Counted from the stretch's first letter, positions 38,571 through 51,797 are shown. The stretch: 64,000 bases of DNA from Sphaerodactylus townsendi (GCF_021028975.2 NC_059440.1:32612001-32676000), one strand, 5' to 3'. Notes: a model not told the origin generated them from the sequence alone. Numbers and translations: made by a program.

Positions 38571-39223
38571 TGGTGACCATCCATTTCAGGCCTCTCTGAC
38601 CTTGGCCTGATTCTGTGCAGTGTTATACCAAGAGGCAAGACACGATTGAATTCTGCAATGCTCTAAGCGCAGAAATCAGTAGTGAATGCAGAACTCACAC
38701 CCCAACCAGCTCCAGTTGTGTCTGAAAAAGGAGGCAAGATTCCAGCTGTTAAGCAAGTGATTTTAGTCAGTAGCACCTTAAAGACTACATACACACAGAG
38801 TCTCAGATAAAAATGTTAGCATGGTCAGTTGAGGTGCAGCCGTCAAGAAAATTGCATGCTTCTGCATCAGAGCATAGAACAGATTTGAGTTCAGTAAAAT
38901 TTTAGAGATCAACAACATTTTGGGGGTATGAGTTTTCAAATCTGTTCTATGGCAGCCTTGGCAGACCAACACAGGAATCCTCTGAAACATAAACTGATTT
39001 TGTATCTCAAATATACAATTTTAAAAATTGCATCTTTTAATTATTTGGGATCAGCGGCCCTTGGGGGACAGGAGAGTTTGCACTTTGGAAAACTGGTGTT
39101 AGCTGTCGGAGCCCAGGGGTTAGAGCGGACTGCGAAAGGTGTGATCACACACAAAAAAATGATCAAAGATGAATATTCGGTACAGGAAGTGGACCTGTCT
39201 GGTTTCTCTGTGTCGCTTTGCAG

Positions 39224-39303
39224 ACCAAGGTCTTCTCACTACTGTGGGCAGCCTCTTCTTTACAACCTGGTCGGAAGCATCGTCTTTACTTTCTTCACCA
39301 TAG
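39224..39303 (+). CDS. 4-TM gene exon C: PRSSHYCGQPLLYNLVGSIVFTFFTI(G)
   Basis: Acceptor tgtcgctttgcag, donor TAG|GTACGT, phase 2 to 1. Confidence 0.82.
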
Positions 39304-39400
39304 GTACGTACAACAGCAAGCCGTCTGTCAAAGACAACTGTGCCATCGGACTGCAGTTTGAGGGTCTATTTTATTTTATTATGATGCTCAGACATGCTTA

Positions 39401-39697
39401 GGAGCAGCAGTGGCGTAGGAGGTTAAGAGCTCGTGTATCTAATCCGGAGGAACCGGGTTTGATTCCCAGCTCTGCCGCCTGAGCTCTGGAGGCTTATCTG
39501 GGGAATTCAGATTAGCCTGTACACTCCCACACACACCAGCTGGGTGACCTTGGGCTAGTCACAGCTTCTCGGAGCTCTCTCAGCCCCACCCACCTCACAG
39601 GGTGTTTGTTGTGAGGGGGGAAGGGCAAGGAGATTGTCAGCCCCTTTGAGTCTCCTGCAGGAGGGAAAGGGGGGATATAAATCCAAACTCTTCTTCT
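39401..39697 (+). mobile_element. Squam3-like SINE
   Basis: Full-length young copy. Confidence 0.85.
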
Positions 39698-39982
39698 CCT
39701 TATGCACATGGGCTTCTGTGTAATAGGGGATTTTCGTGGGCGTGCTTCCCCACTGTTTTTGGTGACTTTCTTGGAACAAACTGCTTGCAGTGATGGACGA
39801 TAATAGGCCTCCATGTCGTTTGTACCCCCTTTTCTTTCCAATGGGGGCTTAACAACATTCTCCCCTTCTGTTTTATCGTCACAACAACCCTCTTGAGGTA
39901 GCTTAGGTTGAGAAGCCGGATTGGCTATGGTCAGACAAAAGGCCACGCTGATTCTTTCCCTTCCCCTTTCTCGCCCTTCCAG

Positions 39983-40113
39983 GACTGGCCTTGCTCCTGG
40001 TCATGGTGGAACCCCTGACAGGGGAGCTGAAGATCATCTTCTCCATCTTTGGAATGGGCTCGTTTGTGGAAGGAGTCTGCACGGCCATATTGACATCATT
40101 AGCAGCACAGTGT
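39983..40113 (+). CDS. 4-TM gene exon D: LALLLVMVEPLTGELKIIFSIFGMGSFVEGVCTAILTSLAAQC
   Basis: Long polypyrimidine acceptor ...tctcgcccttccag, weaker donor TGT|GTTGGT, phase 1 to 0. Overlaps ORF 39991..40191. Confidence 0.8.
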
Positions 40114-40679
40114 GTTGGTATTGTTTTGGTTTGTGCTTGGCCCGCACACCACAGGATTTTGGGTATCCAGGGTTCTTTAGACACCTTCTGAAATGTATAT
40201 AAATAGAATTTGGAGATCCCCCCCACCCCCCCGCTTCACACACATATAATTGTGTGCCAAGGAATCCAAACCGTGTGCCAAGACAGACTTGTAGAGATGA
40301 TTGCATGGTAATCAGTTTTGCATATGCATGCTCATTTTGCATAAACTGATTTGCATAAACCAGGCTGTTTTGCATAACTCATTTTGTTTTTCTTAATCAT
40401 GGGGAAGGATTATCAAGCTAAGGGGCACTGGGGGTTGGTTTGTTGCTGTTGTTTTGGAAAAGCAGGATACAAAAGAAATAGACGACCACCCTCCATCTGA
40501 TAAATCCCACTCAACGATCTGGCTGCCACTGATCCCTTTGGTGGTTACGCCCAAGAAGGGGCAGATCAATCTGGCCCAACTGGGCACAAACCCAACCTGT
40601 TAGAAATCCCTCACTCCATTATATCCACTGATCCACTCTATCCTATCTAATCTCCAAGGTGCTCAGGGCAGAGTTCCCT

Positions 40680-40920
40680 GCTTCCCCACCACCCATTTTA
40701 ACCTCACAACACCCCTGTGAAGTGGGTTAGGCTGAGAACATGTGACAGGCCCAAGGGTCACCTTGTGAGCTTCATGTATAGGAACAGGGAAACACATCCA
40801 GTTCACCAGATTAAAGTCTGCTGCTCATGTGTAAGAGCAGGAAATCAAACCTGGTTATCCAGATTAGAGTCCACCTTCTCTTAACCACCACATCTCGCTG
40901 GTTCTCACCACTACACCATG
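40680..40920 (-). mobile_element. Squam3-like SINE, older and diverged
   Basis: CACAACACCCCTGTGAAGTGGGTTAGGCTGAGA...CCAGATTAGAGT...CTTAACCAC. Confidence 0.65.
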
Positions 40921-41079
40921 CCGATGTACTTATGGCCCTAGTCTAGATGGCTGTAAAAAGAACTGGATGAATTCATTCAGGAAATTCATACAAATTCATT
41001 AAAAAGCTCCCATAGTCAGAGGTAGTCTTTTCTGAGAATACCAGGTTTTTTGGGGGGTGGTAACCGCAGGAGGAAGCCT

Positions 41080-41373
41080 GGCAGCAGTGGCATAGTGGCT
41101 AAGAGCAGGTGCACTCTGATCTGGAGGAACCGGGTTTGATTCCCTGCTCTGCCGCTTGAGCTGTGGAGGTTTATCTGGGGAATTCAGATTAGCCTGTGCA
41201 CTCCCACACACACCAGCTGGGTGACCTTGGGCTAGTCACAGCTTCTCGGAGCTCTCTCAGCCCCACCTACCTCACAGGGTGTTTGTTGTGAGGGGGGAAG
41301 GGCAAGGAGATTGTCAGCCCCTTTGAGTCTCCTACAGGAGAGAAAGGGGGGATATAAATCCAACTCTTCTTCT
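41080..41373 (+). mobile_element. Squam3-like SINE
   Basis: Full-length copy. Confidence 0.85.
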
Positions 41374-41524
41374 TTTGTGTCTCGGCTTGTGGGCTTTCAG
41401 TTGCATTTGGATGGCCACTGTACAGAACAGGATGCCGGACCTTTGGTCTGATCCAGCAGAGCTCATCTGTTGTTCTTTCAGCACCAAACCCATTTAACCA
41501 CCATTACCCCTGTCTTTCATCTAG

Positions 41525-41591
41525 GCCAAAACGACCCCTGAGCTCTATTACATGTCAGTGGTTCTGTCAGTGAGCAGCATGTTATCAACTG
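41525..41591 (+). CDS. 4-TM gene exon E: AKTTPELYYMSVVLSVSSMLST(A)
   Basis: Acceptor tgtctttcatctag, consensus donor CTG|GTAAGT, phase 0 to 1. Confidence 0.82.
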
Positions 41592-42538
41592 GTAAGTGGA
41601 ACCATTTTTTCTTTGCATTCAAATCAGGCACCTCAGGACTTCAGAGGGAGGCAGCACCTGTCGTGGAAACCTGTTCAGGCGAATTGTGCTCTTAACAGTC
41701 AGGACTGCTGGAAAAACCCCAGGAGATGGAATGTGCCTGCATAGGCAAGTTGAGTGAGGTCAGGTACCACCCAAAACCCTAGATCTAGAAAATATGGAGC
41801 TGAAGGATGGGAAAGAGAGCTGGTCCCACTGGCCTCCTTGGAGGCCTGGGCCATTATGGTGAAAACAAAGAATGTTCTGTTGGTACCTTGAAGACAAACA
41901 GATGTGCTGATTTCTGAGTCACCAACGATCATGTTGGTCTGCAGTAGATCAGCTAGATTTTATTCCAGTAGCACCACAGAGACCAACAAGATTTTCAGGG
42001 CATAAGCTCTGGAGAAAGAAGCGTTAACTCTCAAGCTGATGTCCCCAAAATCTTGTTGGTCTCTAAGGTTATTATTATTATTTATTGTTATTTATTGTGT
42101 TTATAAACCGCCCTCCCCCGAAGGGCTCAGGTACTACAGGAATTGAAGCAAGGTGACAGCGGATGCTCTCCTTTTTTTTCTGGCATAAGAGAGAGTAAAA
42201 TTTCTGTCCACGGAAATAGCCAAGAAAATTATGGGCAGGGGCGGAATGTCCTCCCCCAGAGCCAGCAATTGCACTAGAGGCCTGTTATGCAAACATTCAA
42301 GTCACTTATTTGCTTTACTTAACTTATCCTTTCATGAAGGGAGTTCAAATATCTAGGCAATGGTAGCAAAAGAGAGAATGGAGAAGAAGTACATGCAGAT
42401 GTCCCTAAGGCTGTTTTTGCATACCGCCATGAGGACTAGAAACTTTGCACAGCGTGAAAATCAACCATCTTAGGATACCAAATACTCAGCAAGGGCTGCT
42501 CCTAATGCCATCTAATGCCACTTTTGTGTTTCTTTCAG

Positions 42539-42669
42539 CCTTCTTCTCTGTTCTGGGGCTATTCTGGTTTGCCAACATGGCTTCTCCTGGCCTTGTACTG
42601 AACAAGCAGGCAAAGAGTGGGATCTGTTACGGGCCAGTCTCTGAATGCAGCTGCCTGTGGCACGTCTGA
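42539..42669 (+). CDS. 4-TM gene last exon F: FFSVLGLFWFANMASPGLVLNKQAKSGICYGPVSECSCLWHV*
   Basis: Branch-like ctaat plus acceptor ttttgtgtttctttcag, phase 1, TGA at 42667-42669. CDS total 546 nt = 181 aa. Confidence 0.82.
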
Positions 42670-42976
42670 CCCTTCTAAACCTCTGCCCCTGTTTCCCCAG
42701 CAACCCCTCTGCCTGCCATGGATCATCACTGGCTAAGCTGCCTTCCCCCGCCTCCATCCCTGGAGAAATTGACTGATCTCGGTGGCAGCCTCAGTGGGAA
42801 GACCTTCAGAACTGGGGATATTCATAGCAAATGTCTTTAACTATTCATATGTGTGAGCATCAGGTAGCCTTTGAGTTGAAAACATTGGGCTTTAGCCTCG
42901 TTAAAAGGCACGCTGTGGGGGTTTGCAGCCTTCTAACCATTTTCAAGAGTTTTTGTAGAACATCTTACCACGACCT

Positions 42977-42982
42977 ATTAAA
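42977..42982 (+). terminator. Candidate polyA signal (ATTAAA) of the nested TM gene
   Basis: ATTAAA about 310 nt after the stop, followed by a T-rich tract. Confidence 0.5.
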
Positions 42983-45900
42983 AAGGAAAATATGCTTTTC
43001 TCTTTTTCTCTCTCTTTTGCACAAAATAGTGAATGCACAAAGCCCTCTTTGGGATGCGGCTTGAAGTCTAAGGCCTAACAGCGGCAGGAGAGTTGCTATG
43101 GGAACAGGTACAGAGCCAGAGATAAAGGCACTGAGGCTAGAATATCTGAAGCTCTGGTGTCAAAGGAAGGGGCCGTGTGCTTTTATCAAGCTCAAGGCCC
43201 AACTGCTTCTTTCTGGGCTCCAAAGGAAATTTTAGGAAAGAGCTTTCTTTATGTTCATTTGGCATTAAGTTTATTTAAAAAACCCCTGTAATATAGCCAC
43301 ACGTTCCAGGGGGATTCAGCAATGCATTCTAGCTATTCTTCCTCACACCCCCAAATTCAGTGGACAACCTGTTCAGCTGCCTTTATGGAATCAGACCACA
43401 GATCCATCTGACTTAGTACTGGGACCTCTGTCTGGCAGGGTGTCAGGCAGAGAAGGATCTCAACAGCAGCCTCATGATATGTTCAACCTGAAAAGGCCGG
43501 GGACTGAGGCTGGGAGCTTCGGCACACAAATGAAATCAACAGGCATGGACTGGAATAACTGTGTACGATTGCACTGTAGAACACACAAAACAAAGCAACA
43601 GCAACTACTGAAAACTATAGGCAGTGTGCTGTACTGGTTAGAGTGCTGGGCAAGGATCTGGGAGACCTAGGTCTGAACCCCCGCACCGCCACCCCCTTGG
43701 GTCACTCACGCACTCCCAGCCTAACCTACCTCACAGAGTTGTTGTGAGGATAAAATGGAAGACAGGTGAATGATGTAAGTTATTTTGGGACCCCATGAAT
43801 GAAGTAAACAAATAATAATTCCACCACGCTTTGGTCTGTGGAAATGTGAAGATTGCTCCTTCATCACACCAGCATTGACCAAAGAAACATGGCAGCAACC
43901 TCTGGACCCCAGTTTTCTGGAACTCAGAAGGGTGGTATTATGAGTGCAGTATTATCATTTGAAATCATCCAGTTGTGTTGGCCAATATAGACACCATAGA
44001 TATGTAATCCTAATATATTCATGATACCTAGCAAGAGCTCTTTCTGATATATATTAGACCTAACGGATATTGTTATATTTGTGGTTTGAAACTATTACTG
44101 TTTTATGTACTGTTTTATTGATTGGAATAAAGGGAAGGGCAGTGAATAAATCAAATCAAATAATAATCTGATGTGCTGGTAAAGGGTTGTGGATCCGTAG
44201 GATATAGCAGCCAAGATTTTTGATTTAGGATATGGGAAGCGCCTCCCCCAGCCCCAAAGTTCAACAGTTGGCCTTGGGCCAATATCTTACATTCTAGACT
44301 ATTTCACAGGATTGTTGTGAGAACGAGGTCAGCATTGTCAAGCAAAACCTTCCAGTATGTAAAAGTGAAACTGAAATGATTACTAACAGGGAGATGAATT
44401 TAAATAAGGTTGCAGGTCTGGTTTAAAACATTCATCCAGCTTCTTTCCATAAAACAAACTGGAATCAATTCATTTCCTGAATTTCAGGATTGGGTTCGTA
44501 GCCAAAAGGCATATCGACACTTGGGTCTGTGCAGAATTCATTCACAGCTCCACACAACACGCAGATGGCCAGCCTGCAGCTGCACGGGTCTGACGACTGC
44601 AAATTAAGCATAACTAGCCACAGGCCCAGGTTGTCTCAGAGCAGAGATTCCCTCACAGTCCTTTGACCATAAGATGGCCACCTTTTTTGTGAACAGCAGT
44701 TGTGTCATTTCTAGACACTTCACTAGTGAAGATATTTTTTTTCCAGCATAGTTTCAGAGGAGAGCTGTACTGGTCTGCAGTAGAACAGTTAGATTCAAGT
44801 CCAGAAGCACCTTAGAAACGAACACAATTATCAGGGTATAAGCTTTTGAGAGTCAACACTTGATGAAGGGAGTGTTGACTCTTAAAAGCTTGTACCCCAA
44901 AAATTGTGTTGCTCTCTAAGACACTAGTGAACTTGAATCTAGCTTTTCCCAGTATGGAAGCAATGAAGGAACAGCTGCTTCAGTAACATTTCTGCCTTAG
45001 GCAACTGTTAAAAGGTACAGACTCTCCTGCCCCAAGCACTTCTACTGAATCAACTCTGGTGGACAGCCACCTACACACAGACTGGGATTCCCAGCTTTTT
45101 TCTACTAGTCTTGCATCCATGTGTCCACAAGTAGCCCAACAGAGAGACCCTTGGAAAGCTGTACGTTCCTTACAACGTTATCTCAGTACCAGGAAAATGT
45201 CTGCTGTCAAATTTTTACATGCTAACCCATCTTCCCACCTTACAGAGCAAACCATTTTAATCGTTCCTGTATACAGCAGGCCACTCAAAACTCCATGAGA
45301 TAAATGACTGGGTAAGCCATGTTAGATTGCTACCCCAAAATTCAGCAGAAATCCAGTGGCAGAGTAAAATAAGCACAGCCTTGGATTGAGGAAGTTAGTT
45401 GCTTCTGGATTTCATGTCTCATAGTTCACCCTCGGCTTGGATCTGATCCTACTCTGCCCATCTATCTGCAGTCAGGAGCAGCTCTCGCCCACTCTTAACA
45501 GATTGAATTATCTTTGATTGATGATTGTTTCTAACCAACTTCTCTTTGTACTGTCTTCCCACTCCCACCTTTCTGCAGCTTGCAACTTTCAGTACAGGTA
45601 TATTTCTTATGGGTGGCACCTGGTGAAGCAGTTGTGACAGATGAAAGCTCCTGCTGTAATACATTTTGTTAGTGTTTAAGCTGCCCTTGGACTTCTGTTT
45701 AACAAAGATGGTCACAAATGCTCAGGACCTTGAACATAGGCCAGTGTAGCTGCTCTGTAGCTCAGTGGCTACCTTCTGGAGAAATGCCCTGCAACGAGAA
45801 AATAGCACCAACCCAGGGGACATTATAGTCGCTCTGCTTTCCTCTTTACACTTTTGTTCCCTCTTTCACTTATTGAAAGAGAAAGCGAGAGCTAGGCTAG

Positions 45901-46469
45901 CCAGATACGAAAGCCTGCCTTTACATTATAGCAGATCTACAAACTGAAGGCCAGAAATGTCAGATACTTCCATTATTGATGCCACACTAGGTTGAGTGGC
46001 TCTGGGAAATTCCTGAAGAGGGAGTTCCATTTCTCCTAGACAGGCTGTGAAGCTGCCATCTTATCCTGGAGAACTGGTCTCTGCAATCCGAAGATCCGAT
46101 GAAATTCTGGGAGAACTCAGAGACCCACCTGTTCGTTGGCAACATAGTCTGTACCACGTGGGAACATCTGCGTCCGTGTGGTCGATTCTAGCCTCTGGAC
46201 AGCGTCCCAAAACACGTGCAACCGGACACTGCTACTCCAGTTGCCCACCCCTGCTCTAGCGCTCTCCGAAAAAGCACCACACCCAGCCTCGCAAATGCGT
46301 GTGAACGGGATCGTCTCTGGTGAAAAAGGATTAGAGGGACTCCACCTACTGAAACTCCAGAGACTGCCCTTCTCCTATTACAACAGCCCCTCCGCACCCT
46401 ACAAGCAGTGCCCCGCCAGGAATTATGAGCCGCCGAGATCCTTTTCCCCCACCCCAAGGCCACTCTTAC

Positions 46470-46580
46470 CAGGCTATAGTTAACCACGTCGGGTTAAGGA
46501 AGACACGGTCTGAGTCACGGAACTAAAGCCCCACGGGTTGGGGAGCCGGGGGGATACTGTTGCCGCAGCGCCGCGACCGT
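46470..46580 (-). other. NMNAT1: Probable NMNAT1 non-coding exon 1
   Basis: Minus-strand donor CTG|GTAAGA at 46469 at the edge of a CpG island. NMNAT1 and LZIC are head-to-head in mammals. The 5' boundary is approximate. Confidence 0.55.
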
Positions 46581-46659
46581 GTCTTTCTATTGGACGCGAT
46601 TTCAGGAAGCTAGCTCGTGTGCGGCGCTCGGAGAGGCTCCCCCAGTACCCCGAAACCGG

Positions 46660-46780
46660 AAGTGCGGAGGGTTGGGCCCACGCGATGCAGTAGCTCGTTG
46701 GTCAAGGAGAGGATGTGATTGTGGGAACGGTGGCTGCTTGTTTTGGGGGCGGGGAGGTTGAAGAAGGAGGAGTATCTTGG
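46660..46780 (+). other. LZIC: Probable LZIC non-coding exon 1
   Basis: Donor TGG|GTAAGA at 46781 downstream of the ETS site. The start is approximate. Confidence 0.55.
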
Positions 46781-47523
46781 GTAAGAGGAGGGTCCTTATG
46801 GGCCTGGGCGTTGAGAAAGGGGGGGGGGGGGATTGGCAGTGTGGATAAGAAGGGGTTAACGGGCTGTGTGTCGGAATGGGAAGGTTTTGAAAAGCATGGG
46901 GTCGGCTCAGCATTTGCGGCTGAAGATGGTTTATCTGAACAGTCTCCAGTTGCCTGGGAAAGAAATAATAGTAGTCCTTATTCTCTGCTCATTGTGTTTT
47001 TATCTCACGCTTTGTCCACGAGTGCTGTAGGCTGTTTTCTATTTTCTGGTGTCTTCTCCTGGAAAACCCCCTTGTTTTTATTTCTCTCTCTCAAAGTCTG
47101 TGGGGAGGGAAGAGGAGAGGGATGACAGGGTCAGTGAAGATGATAGGCACTAGATTCAGGGCAAAGGAAATGTAGTGATTGTGGACCTTGCGGCCAGATG
47201 TTACAGTAGCTTAGAAGGGGGATTCAATGAATTTTTGGTGGAGAGATTTATTAATGGTTATTGGTTATGAGGACTAAGTGAAACCATTTTCAGAGTTTTT
47301 TGTTTATCAGTGCTAGTTAATAAAGCTGAAATATTCTCCAGTATAATATTCCTGTTCTGTAGCTCATGGAATAAGATGAGCTTTATGTTCCAAATAAAAA
47401 AAGATTAAATATTAACCTTCATACTAGTGCAAAGTCCTTCTATAATACTTTGGCTACAGCGTGTTCTCCACACCCACAAACCAAACCTGTTTCTTTTCTT
47501 TCAGACGTCTGCTGCGATTGTGA

Positions 47524-47631
<108 letters not shown>

Positions 47632-47785
47632 TGATGAGGAACTTGCTCTGTTGTGAAATCTTTCTGTGTACAGCAAGTGCAACAGGACAACTTTGTAATC
47701 TTCACTGTGTGTCCTTTACTATTTTATGGTTTCTTGAAACCCTGCTGAGATGACCTTTTACATGGAGTTTATGAGGTAGCCTGAG

Positions 47786-48098
47786 GGAGCAGCAGTGGGG
47801 TGGTGGCTAAGAGCAGTGGCAAAGAGCAGGTGCACTCTGATCTGGAGGAACTGGGTTTGATTCCCAGCTCTGCCGCTTGAGTTGTGGAGGCTTATCTGAG
47901 GAATTCAGATTAGCCTGTACACTCCCACACACGCCAGCTGGGTGACCTTGGGCTAGTCACAGCTTTTCGGAGCTCTCTCAGCCCCACCCACCTCACAGGG
48001 TGTTTGTTGTGAGGGGGGAAGGGCAAAGAGATTGTAAACCCCTTTGAGCCTCCTACAGGAGAGAAAGGGGGGATATAAATCCAAACTCTTCTTCTTCT
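47786..48098 (+). mobile_element. Squam3-like SINE with small head duplication
   Basis: Full-length copy, AAGAGCAG duplicated in the head. Confidence 0.85.
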
Positions 48099-48627
48099 AA
48101 TGTGGTATAGGCCTGCGGTCTGTCTGATTTTTAATTTGTTACTTTATTTAGTTTTTGTGCCCCTTTTTTCTGCTAGATTGGCTGCCAATACAATTTACAA
48201 TTCACATCTGTTACTTTATATGCACAGCTCCATTTTGATAGACGTTTTACACAATGAGAGAAGCATCACCAAAATATTGTCTCACCTGTTGGTTATTATT
48301 GTCCACTGTGATTGGCAGTGCTTCTCCAGGGTCCCAAGCAGAGAAACATCTTTCCCAGCATCTACCTGAGTCACAGTTTGAACCTGTATACAAAGCAGGT
48401 ATCTCTAAGCTACAGCCCTTCATCAAATATAGCTGTGATATGCTGTGGTGCTTTTTGTTAACGTTGGAATTACTTTTTGGGTTATGTGATTTTTAGTGAC
48501 AATATTTTACAAGCGGTCTGTTATAACAGATTTTCATTGACAGAATTCCCCCCCCCCCCTTTGACTTGAGAAGCACCAGTCCAAATAGTTCTGGACTTCT
48601 AATATGCTTTTTCATAAGGTCATAGAG

Positions 48628-48813
48628 CAGTGGTTCTCAACCTGGGGGTTGGGACCCCTTTGGGGGTTGAATGACCCTTTCACAGGGGTCGCCTAAGACT
48701 CTCTGCATCAGTGTTCTCTATCTGTAAAATGGATAAATGTTAGGGTTGGGGGTGACCACAACATGAGGAACTGTATTAAAGGGCCATGGCACTAGGAAGG
48801 TTGAGAACCACTG
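48628..48813. mobile_element. SPIN-like (hAT) non-autonomous MITE
   Basis: TIR CAGTGGTTCTCAACCT, subterminal GACCCCTTTGGGGGT..GACCCTTTCACAGGGGTCGCCTAAGAC and CACAACATGAGGAACTGTATTAAAGGG, degenerate TSD tcatagag/tcataatg. Confidence 0.8.
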
Positions 48814-49153
48814 TCATAATGGGTTATGTTCCTTGTGCTCTCTCCAATTTCAACTTTTTTAAAAGGAAGAAAGTATGAGGCAGATGTGAACCTACATGGG
48901 ATTGGACACAGTTTAGTGATCTAGCTTAAGGCTTTCCTATAGAAGGTCCCAGTTTCAGTCCTCGGCATCTCCACTGTAAAAGATTTTGGGTAGCTGGGCT
49001 GGGCAGGACCTCTGGAGAGCCACTTCCAGTTAGAGCATACAGTATGGAGCTAAATAGCTCTATTCTCTGTTTTGGTATCAGAGAGCTCTGTTTGTTCTTA
49101 TCCTCAAGAAAAGGGATTGTAGAAGGATGGACAATGAGACATGGATTGTGTAG

Positions 49154-49663
<510 letters not shown>

Positions 49664-49932
49664 TGACTGGAGTCTTCGAGCATGCTTGTCTTGCTCCATG
49701 TCTTGCTCCATGCGTGCTGGGGGGATTATTGGTGGTCTCAGGAAAGTGAAACAAACATGTCCTTTGCTATTTTGATCATTCAGGAACTAGAGCTTCCAGA
49801 TTGGTTGCTCTTGAAGTTAATGAGCTGCAGCAGTTTCCTTTCTTGCTGGCAACAGAAACTACTCAGAAGTCTAGTGCCCTTAGCTAGTGGTGTCTACTAA
49901 GGGGCTTGAGATGCTGTCTTAAGGAGGAATGA

Positions 49933-50154
<222 letters not shown>

Positions 50155-51422
50155 TGATTGGCAGAATAAACTTTCCAAATGTTCAGTTTGCAACAGGGGC
50201 ACGGCTTGCTGAATTCAGCTGTCCTTGGTATAACCTTTTGGCATCACGGTGGTATACTAGACTGGAATTCCTCTTTGCCATAAAGCTCACTGTGTTGCCT
50301 GTTGCCCATCATGCTCTTTTAGCCTTATCAGATTTAATTTCTGGTTGCTGAGCAGAGTTGGTTTTGCCTGGACAGATCTGGTTTGCAATTAATTCTAAAA
50401 TATAAGTTTATTTTGAGCAGTGGTTTAAGGATTGACAAAACTAATTCTGTCTGCCCACAAGCTCTTTAGGTATTTGTTCCGATGGCAACAGATTCTTTAG
50501 CTGAGCATTTTGAGTCTTTCAGCTGCTTGTTCCCTCTTGTGGCTTGGCTGACAAACAAGAATAGTCAACTGAGATGGGAGGGGGTCCCAAGAATTTTGTC
50601 TACCCTTGGATTTTGAGAGGGAGTGCCTGAAATGGTGTGTGAAAGGGATTTTTAGGCTGGGGGCCAAGCAGAAAACCCAGTGGGCGTGAGCAGCCAATTG
50701 AAATACCAGTGGCCTGACTGTATAAGAATCAGTTTCAGCCATGTTGGACTTGAGTCCAATGAGTCAGCATGGGATAGTGGTTAAGAGCAGCAGACTCTAA
50801 TCTGGAGAACTGGATTCAATTCCCTACTCCTACACATGAAGCTTGCTGGTGACTTTGGGCTAGCTACAACACTCTCAGCCCCACTTGCCTCACAAGGTGC
50901 CTGTTGTAGAGGGAAGGCAATTGTAAACTGCTTTGAGACTCTTTAAAGGTATAAAAACCAACCCTTCTTAAAACGCAACAAGATTTCCAGGATATACACT
51001 TTTGATAGCTGCCTTTGTCAGTTACATATCTCACAAAGGGTGCCTTGACTCTCACATCTTATACCCTGGAGGTCTTGTTGGTATTTAAGGTACTACTGGA
51101 CCCAAGTGTTGCTCATAAAGGAATAAGGTACTGGAGAATTCATTAAGCCCTTTAATTGTTCTTCAGAAATCCATTCAAAAATTCACACTGACGCATCAAA
51201 GAATTTCTGTTGGGCATCCCGTTTTCTCAGGCAAATGAAAAGCCCTTTAAAAAGTAGAAGTCCCAAAATGCTATCTCCCCTTGGAAGTTGATTGGAAGGA
51301 GGTGAGCCGTAAAGCAGAGAGAGATAATGGGCACACTTCTTTCTGCATTGGTACTTCAGGATTACAGAACTTGTGCTTTGTTATTTGGTTTCTCCTGGCG
51401 TGAATTTGAATTATTCCAGTGA

Positions 51423-51797
<375 letters not shown>

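Larger units (their letters stand above)
46150..46930. promoter_or_regulatory. CpG-island bidirectional promoter NMNAT1/LZIC
   Basis: CpG-rich, ETS/GABP site CCGGAAGT 46656-46663, reverse CCAAT (ATTGG) 46589-46593, divergent splice donors at 46469 (-) and 46781 (+). Confidence 0.8.
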
